Shown here piece after piece: positions 1-8,747 of a stretch of 64,000 bases of DNA. Under the pieces are notes generated by a model that ran no database searches, was not told where the DNA came from, and saw nothing but the letters and a program-made list of their open reading frames with translations. Where the stretch lies: IMG/VR virus record IMGVR_UViG_3300035232_000745; one strand, written 5' to 3'. Within the stretch, counting starts at the first letter, position 1; every line of letters begins with the position of its first letter. This stretch comes from a virus. The translations under genes were made by a program, and so were the position numbers.

Positions 1-43
1 TTACATTCATAACAGGTAATTCTGTTGAAGCTAAAGTTGAAAC

Positions 44-286
44 ATGGATTGTAGAATAATGAGCGATACTATTAGTTTTTTCGAAACTCTACAAGATCAA
101 AAAGATATTTGTAAATTTGGTCGTAGAATGGTGCACTTCTCTGAAAGTGGCATAAATATGAACGTACCTATCGAGATATTAAATGCTATGACTCGTGTTG
201 GTGATTTAATGGCTGAAACCGGATCATTGTCTAAATTAAGTAAGACAGATAAAATGGTCGTAAAATACGCTAAGAAAGTTATGTAA
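44..286 (+). CDS. hypothetical protein
   Basis: 80-aa ORF, stop overlaps next start (TAATG). Confidence 0.6.
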   Translation: MDCRIMSDTISFFETLQDQKDICKFGRRMVHFSESGINMNVPIEILNAMTRVGDLMAETGSLSKLSKTDKMVVKYAKKVM

Positions 287-759
287 TGAAAAATTCAATT
301 AAAAATATTCTTATATCGACCGCACTGGTCGTATCTTCAACTCATGCTATGGCAGGAACACCTGAAAAAGTAAAGGTGTTCGATCATACTAAGACCATAG
401 TTACGCAAGTACCTATCAACCAACAGACTTGTTCTGAGGTAAAGGTTCCGATTTATTCATCTGTCACTACGCAAGGTGACGCAGGTGGTGGAGCATTGTT
501 AGGCATGATTCTCGGCGGTATCCTTGGGAAAGGTGTTACCGGCGATGACGGTGGAGCTGCGGCCGGTGCGGTTATCGGAGGAATTGTTGGTGCTAATGAA
601 GCTCAGACTTCTACAAATCAACAAGTCGTTGGATACGAATACGAAACACGTTGTAGCATGCAAACTGGATATCGCGAAGAAACGATTGAAGCATATTCTC
701 ATTCTACAATCAGATTCCACTTAGACGGTAAACGTTACGTTTTAAAGTTTAAGAAATAA
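286..759 (+). CDS. secreted glycine-zipper 2TM protein
   Basis: signal peptide (AMA) and GALLGMILGGILG/GAAAGAVIGGIVG glycine zipper. Confidence 0.75.
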   Translation: MKNSIKNILISTALVVSSTHAMAGTPEKVKVFDHTKTIVTQVPINQQTCSEVKVPIYSSVTTQGDAGGGALLGMILGGILGKGVTGDDGGAAAGAVIGGIVGANEAQTSTNQQVVGYEYETRCSMQTGYREETIEAYSHSTIRFHLDGKRYVLKFKK

Positions 760-853
760 TGGATATACTAATCGCGAACCTAATATTCTGGCCGTTATGG
801 ATTGGATTTGGTTCTATCCCCTACATCATGATGCAGAAGGCAATTAACGAAAT

Positions 854-1039
854 ATGAAATACACATTATTGCGTGATGGTTTAACAGTACGTCAAATCGT
901 AATGGTTGGACCAACTACCGACAATAACAGATCTTCTAAAATAGTAGATCTTGAATTCGAAACATATGAAGCTGCACTAGAAGTCGCAACAGTTTTAAAG
1001 GCTGAAGTTGTCGATAATAGTATTAAGAAAGCAGCATAA
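854..1039 (+). CDS. hypothetical protein
   Basis: 61-aa ORF ending KKAA. Confidence 0.55.
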   Translation: MKYTLLRDGLTVRQIVMVGPTTDNNRSSKIVDLEFETYEAALEVATVLKAEVVDNSIKKAA

Positions 1040-1046
1040 AGTTAAC

Positions 1047-1124
1047 GGTCTCTTAGCTCAGCTGGATTAGAGCAAGTGCCTTCTAAGCACTAGGTCGTAG
1101 GTTCGAGTCCTACAGAGATCACCA
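1047..1124 (+). tRNA. tRNA-Arg(TCT)
   Basis: cloverleaf, anticodon loop CTTCTAA, GTTCGAGTCC T-arm, encoded CCA. Confidence 0.95.
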
Positions 1125-1126
1125 TT

Positions 1127-1211
1127 GCTCGCATGTTGGAATTGGTAGACAATGAAGACTTAAAATCTTTTGCCTTAGGGCGTACCGGTTCGAGTCCGGT
1201 TGCGAGTACCA
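1127..1211 (+). tRNA. tRNA-Leu(TAA)
   Basis: anticodon loop CTTAAAA, long variable arm, T-arm GGTTCGAGTCC, CCA. Confidence 0.95.
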
Positions 1212-1217
1212 AACATC

Positions 1218-1294
1218 ATTCCTCTAGCTCAATTGGTTAGAGCTGAGCGCTCATAACGCTTAGGTTGGGGGTTCGAGTCCCTCGGGGAATACCA
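1218..1294 (+). tRNA. tRNA-Met or Ile2 (CAT)
   Basis: anticodon loop CTCATAA, acceptor ATTCCTC/GGGGAAT, CCA. Confidence 0.9.
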
Positions 1295-1310
1295 AATAAA
1301 AGGAAACAAA

Positions 1311-1454
1311 ATGCAGACTCTTTATAACAAAGATGATAAAACTCTCGCCGAACTAACAAAAATATTCACTGATAACGATATAGAATATTTTATTAAAAAG
1401 AAACACGGTTGTATTGTTAAAGTGCATTTTATAGTTAAAGATGACGAAGAATGA
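1311..1454 (+). CDS. small hypothetical protein (47 aa, not in ORF track)
   Basis: AAGGA SD, MQTLYNKDDK..., ATGA overlap with galE. Confidence 0.6.
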   Translation: MQTLYNKDDKTLAELTKIFTDNDIEYFIKKKHGCIVKVHFIVKDDEE

Positions 1455-2314
1455 AAGTCCTAGTAACAGGCTGTACAGGATATGTTGGAAGTCATTTATG
1501 TAAAAAATTAAAAGAGCATGGGCACGAGGTTCATGGCTTTGATGTTAACTTTCATGGAGAACACAACGACGTAAGTTTTATCGATAAATTCTGGATACAA
1601 GATTTAAATGATAGGTATCTACACGGTTGGGGAGATGCTGTTGTACATCTCGCAGGAAGAAGCGTAGTGCCACAAAGTCTTAAAGAACCTAGTAATTATT
1701 ATCGCGTTAATACTATGGGAACTAAAAACGCTGTTGAAAAACTTCGTACAGACAACTTTATTTTTGCTAGTACAAGTTCAGCGTTTGAGATGAGATCTCC
1801 TTATGCGCGAAGTAAAGTAGGCGCAGAGGATATCATTAAGGAGAAGGCAAATGGGTACACTATTTTTCGTTTTTTTAACGTCTCTGGTACTGATGGGATA
1901 CATCGCCAGCTCGGTACTCCCTCTCATCTTATTCGCGTGGCTGCTATGGCTGCTGCTGGGAATATTCCCGATATTAAAGTCTTTGGCAATGATTATGATA
2001 CTAGGGACGGTACTTGTATACGGGATTATATACATGTGTGTGATATTAGTGATGCTATAGTAAGGGCAATTGAAAAAGGTCCTGCAAATACAGATTACGA
2101 ATGCTTAGGAAGTAATACTGGTTATAGCGTTTTTGATGTTATTAAAACAATGGAAAATGTGTCTAACACCACCATTACAAAAACATTAGCACCTCGTAGA
2201 GAAGGTGACGCGCATTCTTGTATAGTTGAAAACTTATCAGAATTTTGCGATTTAAAATATACTTTAGAAGATATGTGCTACGATCAATATAAACTTGAAA
2301 TTAAACGCATTTAA
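1451..2314 (+). CDS. galE: UDP-glucose 4-epimerase-like NAD-dependent epimerase
   Basis: TGCTGYVG Rossmann motif, YARSK catalytic motif, DGTCIRDYIHV. Confidence 0.88.
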   Translation: MKVLVTGCTGYVGSHLCKKLKEHGHEVHGFDVNFHGEHNDVSFIDKFWIQDLNDRYLHGWGDAVVHLAGRSVVPQSLKEPSNYYRVNTMGTKNAVEKLRTDNFIFASTSSAFEMRSPYARSKVGAEDIIKEKANGYTIFRFFNVSGTDGIHRQLGTPSHLIRVAAMAAAGNIPDIKVFGNDYDTRDGTCIRDYIHVCDISDAIVRAIEKGPANTDYECLGSNTGYSVFDVIKTMENVSNTTITKTLAPRREGDAHSCIVENLSEFCDLKYTLEDMCYDQYKLEIKRI

Positions 2315-2346
2315 CTGTTTACATACCTATAGAATCAGTGTAGGTT
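2311..2346 (+). promoter_or_regulatory. sigma70-like promoter with inverted TGATTCT (GANTC) in spacer
   Basis: TTTACA 2318-23, 17 nt, TAGGTT; AGAATCA at 2331-37. Confidence 0.6.
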
Positions 2347-2537
2347 GTATGTAGGTGAAACAAGACACTGCCTGACAATAACGTCGAAGAGGTCTAAGAA
2401 AGCCTAAGCGTGTTGGATCCGCATTGTTTAGGTGGGTATGAATATCTGGTACCGAAGGAAACCCAGGCGTTGCTACGAGCGAGACAAGTAGATAAGGGGA
2501 GGGACACTCGAGAAAGTCCCTCCCACGAAAATAAAAG

Positions 2538-2653
2538 TCTTTTTAATTATGGCCGGATGACAGGAATTCATAGGTTACGTTATTGCAGTAACAGGCCTAA
2601 CCGCTGCAACGGTTTCCGAGGTTCAATTCCTCGGTCGGTTATAATTAAAAAGA
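2538..2653 (+). ncRNA. non-canonical tRNA-like structured RNA
   Basis: T-arm CCGAGG-TTCAATT-CCTCGG, acceptor-like stem extended by a 13-bp perfect inverted repeat, two internal hairpins, no CCA. Confidence 0.55.
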
Positions 2654-2658
2654 TTTAT

Positions 2659-2732
2659 TAGGGTGTAGTATAATGGCAGTACAACGGATTCCAAACCCGT
2701 TGGCGTGGGTTCGATTCCTACCACCCTTGCCA
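2659..2732 (+). tRNA. tRNA-Trp(CCA)
   Basis: anticodon loop TTCCAAA, GGTTCGATTCC T-arm, G discriminator plus CCA. Confidence 0.9.
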
Positions 2733-2745
2733 AACGGGAATCGTA

Positions 2746-3423
2746 ATGTCTGAATTAACTAAATCATTATATTATGATACACCGATAGAAGAGTGGAAGC
2801 AAATATTAAACGATAATATGGACTACCACTATTGTAATCCGATGTTTAACAGCGACGTTTTTTCTAATGTAAAAACTGTCCTTGACATCGGCTGTGGATG
2901 GGGAGGGTTGGCGCGCGAGTTACGAAATAAATTTAATTTAGATGTAACTTGTTTGAGCAACTCTCCCCAACAGATAGATTATATTGGATCTGACTTTAAA
3001 ACAATTCTTGCAGATGCTGATACTTTTAAAACAGATATACATTACGATCTTATTTTATATGTGGAATCTATCGGACATATAAAAGACATAACTCTTCAAA
3101 ACATTTCAAATAATACTGATAAGATTATGATACACGATTTTGTTTCAAATCGAGAACGAAACTATCCGCATTTCGCAATTAAAATACGAACACGAGATCA
3201 GTATAAAAAGTTATTGAATGATGCTGGTTTTGAAATGACGAGATTTCATGAACATCCATACGAGCAATGGATTAAAGAATCAGAATTTTGGCTAAACAAT
3301 ATTACACCAAATATGAGTTATCAAATGAGAGTTCTTAAACAATTTACTGCTAATATAGTAAACGGTACTTACAGGAAACATAACGTAAATTGTTGCTCTA
3401 TTATAGCAAATAAAATGAAATAA
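2746..3423 (+). CDS. class I SAM-dependent methyltransferase (CFA-synthase-like N-terminus)
   Basis: VLDIGCGWGG motif I. Confidence 0.8.
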   Translation: MSELTKSLYYDTPIEEWKQILNDNMDYHYCNPMFNSDVFSNVKTVLDIGCGWGGLARELRNKFNLDVTCLSNSPQQIDYIGSDFKTILADADTFKTDIHYDLILYVESIGHIKDITLQNISNNTDKIMIHDFVSNRERNYPHFAIKIRTRDQYKKLLNDAGFEMTRFHEHPYEQWIKESEFWLNNITPNMSYQMRVLKQFTANIVNGTYRKHNVNCCSIIANKMK

Positions 3424-3427
3424 AATG

Positions 3428-3491
3428 AAATTAACTGTTTACATGACTATCATGATTCTGTATAAAGGTTATAGAAACAAACACAGAGAGA
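3428..3491 (+). promoter_or_regulatory. early sigma70-like promoter and leader, copy 1
   Basis: TTTACA-17-TATAAA; TGATTCT at 3453-59; 40 nt identical to 16060-16099. Confidence 0.8.
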
Positions 3492-3498
3492 TAAAACG

Positions 3499-3753
3499 AT
3501 GAAACTAGTTAAAGTACAACGCGAAATTCTTACAAACGCAGCAGATTCTTTTGCAAAGCACGGTGTTGAAAAGCCAATTCACGTAATGTCAGTTAACTCA
3601 AAAAATGATATCGATAACTTTCCTAAATCTTATGCTACATATTGCAAAAAGATGGAACTACTAATCGAAGCTGGTTTGATTTCTCGTGAAATTAATAATG
3701 ACGGTTACGCTTATATGACTCAAAAAGGTTATGAGTTTACAGCTACTATCTAA
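3499..3753 (+). CDS. hypothetical early protein (possible winged helix)
   Basis: follows early promoter; LIEAGLISR...YMTQKG resembles a wHTH end. Confidence 0.6.
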   Translation: MKLVKVQREILTNAADSFAKHGVEKPIHVMSVNSKNDIDNFPKSYATYCKKMELLIEAGLISREINNDGYAYMTQKGYEFTATI

Positions 3754-4034
3754 ACCGCGAAACTTTCTCCGCAACCGCACGAAGCTGTTGCATTTGGATT
3801 GACTACTTTGAGGTAACTTCCTCCCAGTTCCTCGACGTAGTCAATCGTACATCCAAAAATAAACATTTCTGCCATAGGATCAAGCCACAGATTTGCCACG
3901 TGTGGTTCTTTTTCTGTTGTTCCCCACTCATATTGAAATCCAGAACAACCACCGCCTTTTACATTAAGCGATACGTTCGGCTTGCCAGCTTTTTTTAAGT
4001 AAGCTTTTGCGTTATCTGTGACTTGAATTTTCAT
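3750..4034 (-). CDS. iscA: A-type Fe-S cluster carrier (IscA/HesB)
   Basis: GGGCSGFQY and CGCGESF motifs. Confidence 0.92.
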   Translation of the reverse strand: MKIQVTDNAKAYLKKAGKPNVSLNVKGGGCSGFQYEWGTTEKEPHVANLWLDPMAEMFIFGCTIDYVEELGGSYLKVVNPNATASCGCGESFAV

Positions 4035-4193
4035 TTACTCAGACTTCCAAATAGTCCAAGCACCCCAAGCGATAGCAACTCCTGCCGCAATCTTAGCTAA
4101 TGGTGCCATGAATAAAACCATGAGGCCAAGAGCAACTAATGCTCCGCCATCCCACGTTGTTCTTTCTTTAAGTCTGTTTTTAATCCAGTTCAT
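4035..4193 (-). CDS. small two-TM membrane protein (52 aa, not in ORF track)
   Basis: MNWIKNRLKERTTWDGGALVALG...; couples to both neighbouring ORFs. Confidence 0.7.
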   Translation of the reverse strand: MNWIKNRLKERTTWDGGALVALGLMVLFMAPLAKIAAGVAIAWGAWTIWKSE

Positions 4194-4501
4194 TTTTCTT
4201 TCCCTCCCAGGATCTTTACGCCGGCTTTTGCTTCGACGGCATTCAATCGACGTTCTAAATCGTCGATCTTTTTGGTTATTTTGGGATATTTTTTACGCCA
4301 AGCATCTTCAGGCTGTTCTAGCCAAGTAAGACCCCAACGTTCAACCAAATAATCAACAGCGTTGTCGATCTTTGCATATCCCCATAAACCAATACGGGTG
4401 GTACTTAGATAAGCTAAACAAATAGCACCTAAAATACTACCACCAATACTAGTATAAATCCAAAGACGATTAGTCGCCATATCAGTAATTATTTCAATCA
4501 T
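4190..4501 (-). CDS. hypothetical membrane protein
   Basis: N-terminal TM helix, coupled in operon. Confidence 0.7.
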   Translation of the reverse strand: MIEIITDMATNRLWIYTSIGGSILGAICLAYLSTTRIGLWGYAKIDNAVDYLVERWGLTWLEQPEDAWRKKYPKITKKIDDLERRLNAVEAKAGVKILGGKEK

Positions 4502-5228
4502 GTTCGTTCTCCCTAGTGTATTTGCAATAGTGAGTCATACTATGATCATAAGCACCGTCGAAAGGCATTCCTTTTTTCAAGGCTCTCCAGCGACCGCGCC
4601 ACTTATCTTTAATACGCTGCCATCTTGTGCACTTTCTAATGTTTCCGTAGTAATTGATATATCTCGGAGAACTGTGGTGTCTGTATCCCAACAGAGCGAA
4701 AGGTACGCAAGTGACCATGTCATTATTATTAACATGCCTATAATGGGCAGTTTTAATTGAGTTAACAAATTTCTTAGTCCCTGTTCTTGGTGATCCGTAA
4801 GTGTAAAGTGCATCAACCTTATCTTGCATTCTACTCGTTGCAATAGTAGCCATTGCTGCACCTAATGAATGTCCACATACGAAAAACGATTTACCGTCTA
4901 ATTTCATTTTATTGAGAGCAACATTAAGTTGTTCCCATATTTTATTTACTTCTTCCTGAAATCCGTTATGCACAAGTCCTGACCCATTATGGGCTCTGTC
5001 TGGCAATGCGTTTAGATCAGCTTTAATATCAGATAATTCTTTAGGTTCTGTTCCCCTAAAACATAATACAACTTCTTCTTTATTTGAAACGATATGCATT
5101 TGTGCACCATCGTGTTCAATAAATTTGTGCGATGTGTAACCAAGCTTCTTATAATGCGGTTTAGCTTCTTTCGCATCCATGTAAGCTATTTGTGCACACT
5201 GTGCCATTATACTACATTTATTTATCAT
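4494..5228 (-). CDS. class 3 lipase (alpha/beta hydrolase)
   Basis: FRGT, GHSLG nucleophile elbow, YGSPR, D..VP, C-terminal DH. Confidence 0.9.
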   Translation of the reverse strand: MINKCSIMAQCAQIAYMDAKEAKPHYKKLGYTSHKFIEHDGAQMHIVSNKEEVVLCFRGTEPKELSDIKADLNALPDRAHNGSGLVHNGFQEEVNKIWEQLNVALNKMKLDGKSFFVCGHSLGAAMATIATSRMQDKVDALYTYGSPRTGTKKFVNSIKTAHYRHVNNNDMVTCVPFALLGYRHHSSPRYINYYGNIRKCTRWQRIKDKWRGRWRALKKGMPFDGAYDHSMTHYCKYTRENEHD

Positions 5229-5421
5229 TTTTCCTATCCTTTAAAATATCTTTCATTACATTAGAAGCAGTATTCGTAAATAATCTTGGAGCTAAGCCAT
5301 GTATTAATAATACAGGAACTAATAATTGTAATCTTGCAGCGGTTTTAAAAGCATAACACATATGCTCTAAACCTGTCTCTCCAGCTTTTTCTAAGTGTAA
5401 TTTGCACTCTTTACTTAACAT
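5218..5421 (-). CDS. small conserved protein (DUF6356-like)
   Basis: HL..GET..EH...LIHGL.P.LF..TAS pattern. Confidence 0.6.
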   Translation of the reverse strand: MLSKECKLHLEKAGETGLEHMCYAFKTAARLQLLVPVLLIHGLAPRLFTNTASNVMKDILKDRKNDK

Positions 5422-5733
5422 TTATTTTCCTTTCATAGAATTCAGTTTTGCTTTTAACGCGTCAGCGCTTCCCGCCTTTTTGGCCTGTAGTTCGGATTTG
5501 GAGTTATCCCGTCGTAACTTACTACTGAGCAATACTTTACCTTCTTGCGAACTATTATCGGAATCGTAGGCAGTCTTAGCACTAACCTGTTTTCTAAGTT
5601 CTGTTGTTCTTTCTGAAAGCTCTCTAATTCTTGTTGCGAAATATCTTTCAACCATATTCTCCTTAAAACGTCGGTCGACTTCATTTTCAATGTATTCTTT
5701 ACATAACCAGTCAAATAAAAATCGTTTTATCAT
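5422..5733 (-). CDS. hypothetical protein
   Basis: start taken at MIKRF (ATGA overlap with cyclase stop). Confidence 0.6.
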   Translation of the reverse strand: MIKRFLFDWLCKEYIENEVDRRFKENMVERYFATRIRELSERTTELRKQVSAKTAYDSDNSSQEGKVLLSSKLRRDNSKSELQAKKAGSADALKAKLNSMKGK

Positions 5734-7775
5734 TTGCTTGTAGCTATAAACACACCATTCCAATCTTTAGGAAGGTTTTGAGTTTTCATAAATTTACAGC
5801 GCTCTTTCCACATATCGTAATATCCATCCATTTTATTATCAAAGTGCCCTTGCAATATTTCACATAGTGCTATTGCATCATCAAATTTCTGAGCTTGATA
5901 AGCTTCATACATTTCTTCGTGTTTTTCTTTAGGTTTTTTCCAAACATCTCTTACATCATCTAGTGCTGTGTAAATACTTAAACCAACACTCTTACCTTTA
6001 ACTTGTAAATCATCAATTTTAAGATAAAAGAAATCGTTCTTAGTAAGTTCGTAAGTTGCTTCTCCTATTAGAAGAACTTGCCCGTATTCTTTACATTTTG
6101 ATTCGACTCTAGCTGCGGTGCTGACGCTGTCCCCCAACACATCATAGCTATGTCTTTTTGTTGATCCCATTTCTCCAATGTAACCAAGTCCGGTATTAAT
6201 ACCCGCGCCCATACCGACGGGAGGTCTTCCTTCAGGAATGATAATATCTTCATTAAATTTCTCCACTGCTTTAAGCATTTTAAATGCTGTCGTTACTGAG
6301 GTAAAGGCATGATTTTCATCATCAATCGGAGCATTATGTATGTGCATTGAAGCATCACCGATATATTTAATTATCATACCATTAGCATCTAATACAGGTT
6401 CTGTAATAGCATCCATATAACCGTTCATTATTCTAGTCAATCCTTTAACGTCATCTCCGAAACTTTCACCTAAAGGAGTAAAGCCTCGCAAATCACTAAA
6501 AACGATTGATACGTCTCTTTTAACGCCTTCTTTAATTAATGATGGATTTTCCTGTAACATCTTAACAACTGTTGGTGATGCATAACCAGCAAATTGTTTT
6601 TTGATTTCTTGTTTCTGTAAAAATTCGTCTACAAATTTTACAATATACCGTAAACTGCCAACGAAGAATAACATAACAGAAATAGTAAGGCCGTCAACAA
6701 GAATATTTGAAGTTTGAAATACATAGATTGATCCTCCTATAAATCCGCCTATTGTTAATACGAATGCTCCGATACCTATAAAAGTCCAATAAGATAAGCC
6801 TATTATTAATAATCCTGCTATAAGTAATGCAGCTAACTCTCCCCAAGCTTTTGCATCGGCGTGACGCGTAATGTTTGACTCATTAAATACAGTACCTAAC
6901 ATTGCTGCTTGCATTTGATGTGGAAATACCGATCCCATAGCTGTAGCAATTGGTTGTGTAATACCAGCTGCTGTTGGGCCAACAAAAACTATCGATCCAT
7001 CTAAATTGTCTGGTAAATCAGTAATGCTATATTCCATATAACCTTGTGACCAATCAACCCAAACTTCTCCTGCTTCGTTTGTTGGTATGATACCAAATTG
7101 TGGTATTCTTAATTTATCAACACCAAGAGGTGAAAGTTTAATTTGGAAACTCGGATCTCCAGATAATACACGAAGTACTTCCATTGTAACGTTTGGATAT
7201 AGAGTACCACCGCTTTCAAAGACTAAAGGTGCACGTCTTGTAACACCGTCTATTTCTGGAAAGGTGTTGATGATTCCTGACCCCATTGCATTATTTTCAA
7301 GGCTTGGTACGTTAGCGATGATCCCAGGTATACTTGGAATAAGAGACATATAATCGCTATTAATAATAGAGGCTCCCGGATTAATTGGTTCATTTTTGTT
7401 CTCCTCAGAGCCTAACATTGTTAAAATTACTGGTACTTGCTGCATAGTAAGAGCAAGGTCTTGATCTTCACCAGATCTATCTTCTTCACTCATTAATACA
7501 TTGAATACCACGAGGCCTGCGCCTCTGTTATATAAATCTATAATAAAATCTGAATATGTAGCACGCGGAAATGGCCATTGACCGTATTTTTCTAAAGCTG
7601 ATCTGTCTATGTTTACGGTATAAATGTTATTTTGAACTGGTTCTTGATTTACAATTAACTGATCAAAATATCTTAATCTTAGACTTTCTATTAAGGCTGG
7701 ATTACTTGCGTGCAACCATGCGAATAAGCATAATAATATTATACTCCATGCTGGAGAGAATAACAGTTTTTTCAT
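5730..7775 (-). CDS. CHASE2-domain class III adenylate/guanylate cyclase
   Basis: CHASE2 (GQWPFPR, DGVTRRAPL), 3 TM helices, FSDLRGFT, KYIGDA, GINTG, YDVLGD. Confidence 0.93.
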   Translation of the reverse strand: MKKLLFSPAWSIILLCLFAWLHASNPALIESLRLRYFDQLIVNQEPVQNNIYTVNIDRSALEKYGQWPFPRATYSDFIIDLYNRGAGLVVFNVLMSEEDRSGEDQDLALTMQQVPVILTMLGSEENKNEPINPGASIINSDYMSLIPSIPGIIANVPSLENNAMGSGIINTFPEIDGVTRRAPLVFESGGTLYPNVTMEVLRVLSGDPSFQIKLSPLGVDKLRIPQFGIIPTNEAGEVWVDWSQGYMEYSITDLPDNLDGSIVFVGPTAAGITQPIATAMGSVFPHQMQAAMLGTVFNESNITRHADAKAWGELAALLIAGLLIIGLSYWTFIGIGAFVLTIGGFIGGSIYVFQTSNILVDGLTISVMLFFVGSLRYIVKFVDEFLQKQEIKKQFAGYASPTVVKMLQENPSLIKEGVKRDVSIVFSDLRGFTPLGESFGDDVKGLTRIMNGYMDAITEPVLDANGMIIKYIGDASMHIHNAPIDDENHAFTSVTTAFKMLKAVEKFNEDIIIPEGRPPVGMGAGINTGLGYIGEMGSTKRHSYDVLGDSVSTAARVESKCKEYGQVLLIGEATYELTKNDFFYLKIDDLQVKGKSVGLSIYTALDDVRDVWKKPKEKHEEMYEAYQAQKFDDAIALCEILQGHFDNKMDGYYDMWKERCKFMKTQNLPKDWNGVFIATSK

Positions 7776-7900
7776 TTTTTAGCCTCATCCTCTTTACAAT
7801 CACATCTATAACAGACGTCATTAACACACTCTTGGCAGGACGAAGCATAACAATGGCATCCGTGACCACATTTTTGGCATGTTCTTTTCGGTCCTTGCAC
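7772..7900 (-). CDS. Cys-rich metallothionein-like peptide (42 aa, not in ORF track)
   Basis: GGAG SD, GTG start, 9 Cys and 2 His, ATGA overlap with cyclase. Confidence 0.7.
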   Translation of the reverse strand: MQGPKRTCQKCGHGCHCYASSCQECVNDVCYRCDCKEDEAKK

Positions 7901-7913
7901 TTTTATAACTCCG

Positions 7914-7945
7914 TATAAATAATACATATTCTTAAACTATTTATA
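7914..7945. promoter_or_regulatory. pair of oppositely oriented T4-type late promoters
   Basis: TATAAATA on + at 7914-21 and on - at 7938-45. Confidence 0.7.
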
Positions 7946-8087
7946 ATGAAACGCTTTGGATTAGGATTAGATCATAGAACATATCGAAGATATCTATTCT
8001 GGATGTGAGCCAGTAGGTAGAGCAGAACCTTCACGATCACACATCGTAAGATTTTGCTTCGGTACTTCACATGCGCATTGTACATTA

Positions 8088-8747
8088 ATGTGTTTATTAT
8101 CTGAAGCATTTATTAAAGCACAATTATTAGCTGAAGCAGGAGATGTTGAACCTTACCACATTTCTATTGTTTGGCAGTTAGAATTAGATTTCAAAAGAAA
8201 AGAAGAAAACGCAGAGTCTGCTTACGAAATTATGAAATTTTTTGTAAATAATATGCTTCCTCCTAAGAATGGAGCTATAATTAGCATATATAAAACTAAA
8301 CCTTCTTTTATTCAAACAGCGTGGAAATTAACTCAAGTCTGGCCGTTCAAAAAACAATGGACGGGAGGCGGTGGTTTTGTGACAGTACACAAATCAGAAG
8401 CTTTAATGTCTAAGACTAGATATCCAGGTATTTTAACAACTGAAGAAAATATAATTCCAGAAATAGAAACAAAGTACGATACGAAATTTATAGATTATAC
8501 AGTACCTATTAAAACTGTTTATGATTTATTATTATTAACAGATAAGCACTATAGTTACAGCGGAGGAACAGCTTATACCTCAGCTATGACTGGAACTCCT
8601 ACTGAGATTTGGACGCATGATCCTAATGATCCCAACACACCTTGGGGTTATATGGGTATATCGCCAAATAAAATTACACAATATAATAAAGGGATCTATC
8701 AAGGTCCTATTGAATATATTAAATTATATGGAGACAACAATGATTGA
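8088..8747 (+). CDS. hypothetical protein (possibly glycosyltransferase-like)
   Basis: 219-aa ORF; frame open upstream to 7971; YSGGTAY..AM.GTP resembles a GT9-type C-terminus. Confidence 0.55.
   Translation: MCLLSEAFIKAQLLAEAGDVEPYHISIVWQLELDFKRKEENAESAYEIMKFFVNNMLPPKNGAIISIYKTKPSFIQTAWKLTQVWPFKKQWTGGGGFVTVHKSEALMSKTRYPGILTTEENIIPEIETKYDTKFIDYTVPIKTVYDLLLLTDKHYSYSGGTAYTSAMTGTPTEIWTHDPNDPNTPWGYMGISPNKITQYNKGIYQGPIEYIKLYGDNND

Noticed and set aside
2551-2640. Canonical tRNA-Cys(GCA)
   Set aside because: Both GCA loops are 6 nt, the D-arm is poor and there is no CCA; kept only as a tRNA-like RNA.
2410-2661. 83-aa ORF in the track
   Set aside because: No SD, atypical composition, and it overlaps structured RNA elements; more likely non-coding.
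4494-7775. CBASS or Pycsar defence system
   Set aside because: The cyclase is a membrane CHASE2 sensor type with adenine-specifying residues, and the lipase has no recognisable nucleotide-sensing domain.
7946-8087. Programmed frameshift joining ATG 7946 to ORF 8088
   Set aside because: The downstream frame is open from 7971, but there is no clear slippery site. An alternative start or sequence error is equally likely and cannot be resolved without reads.
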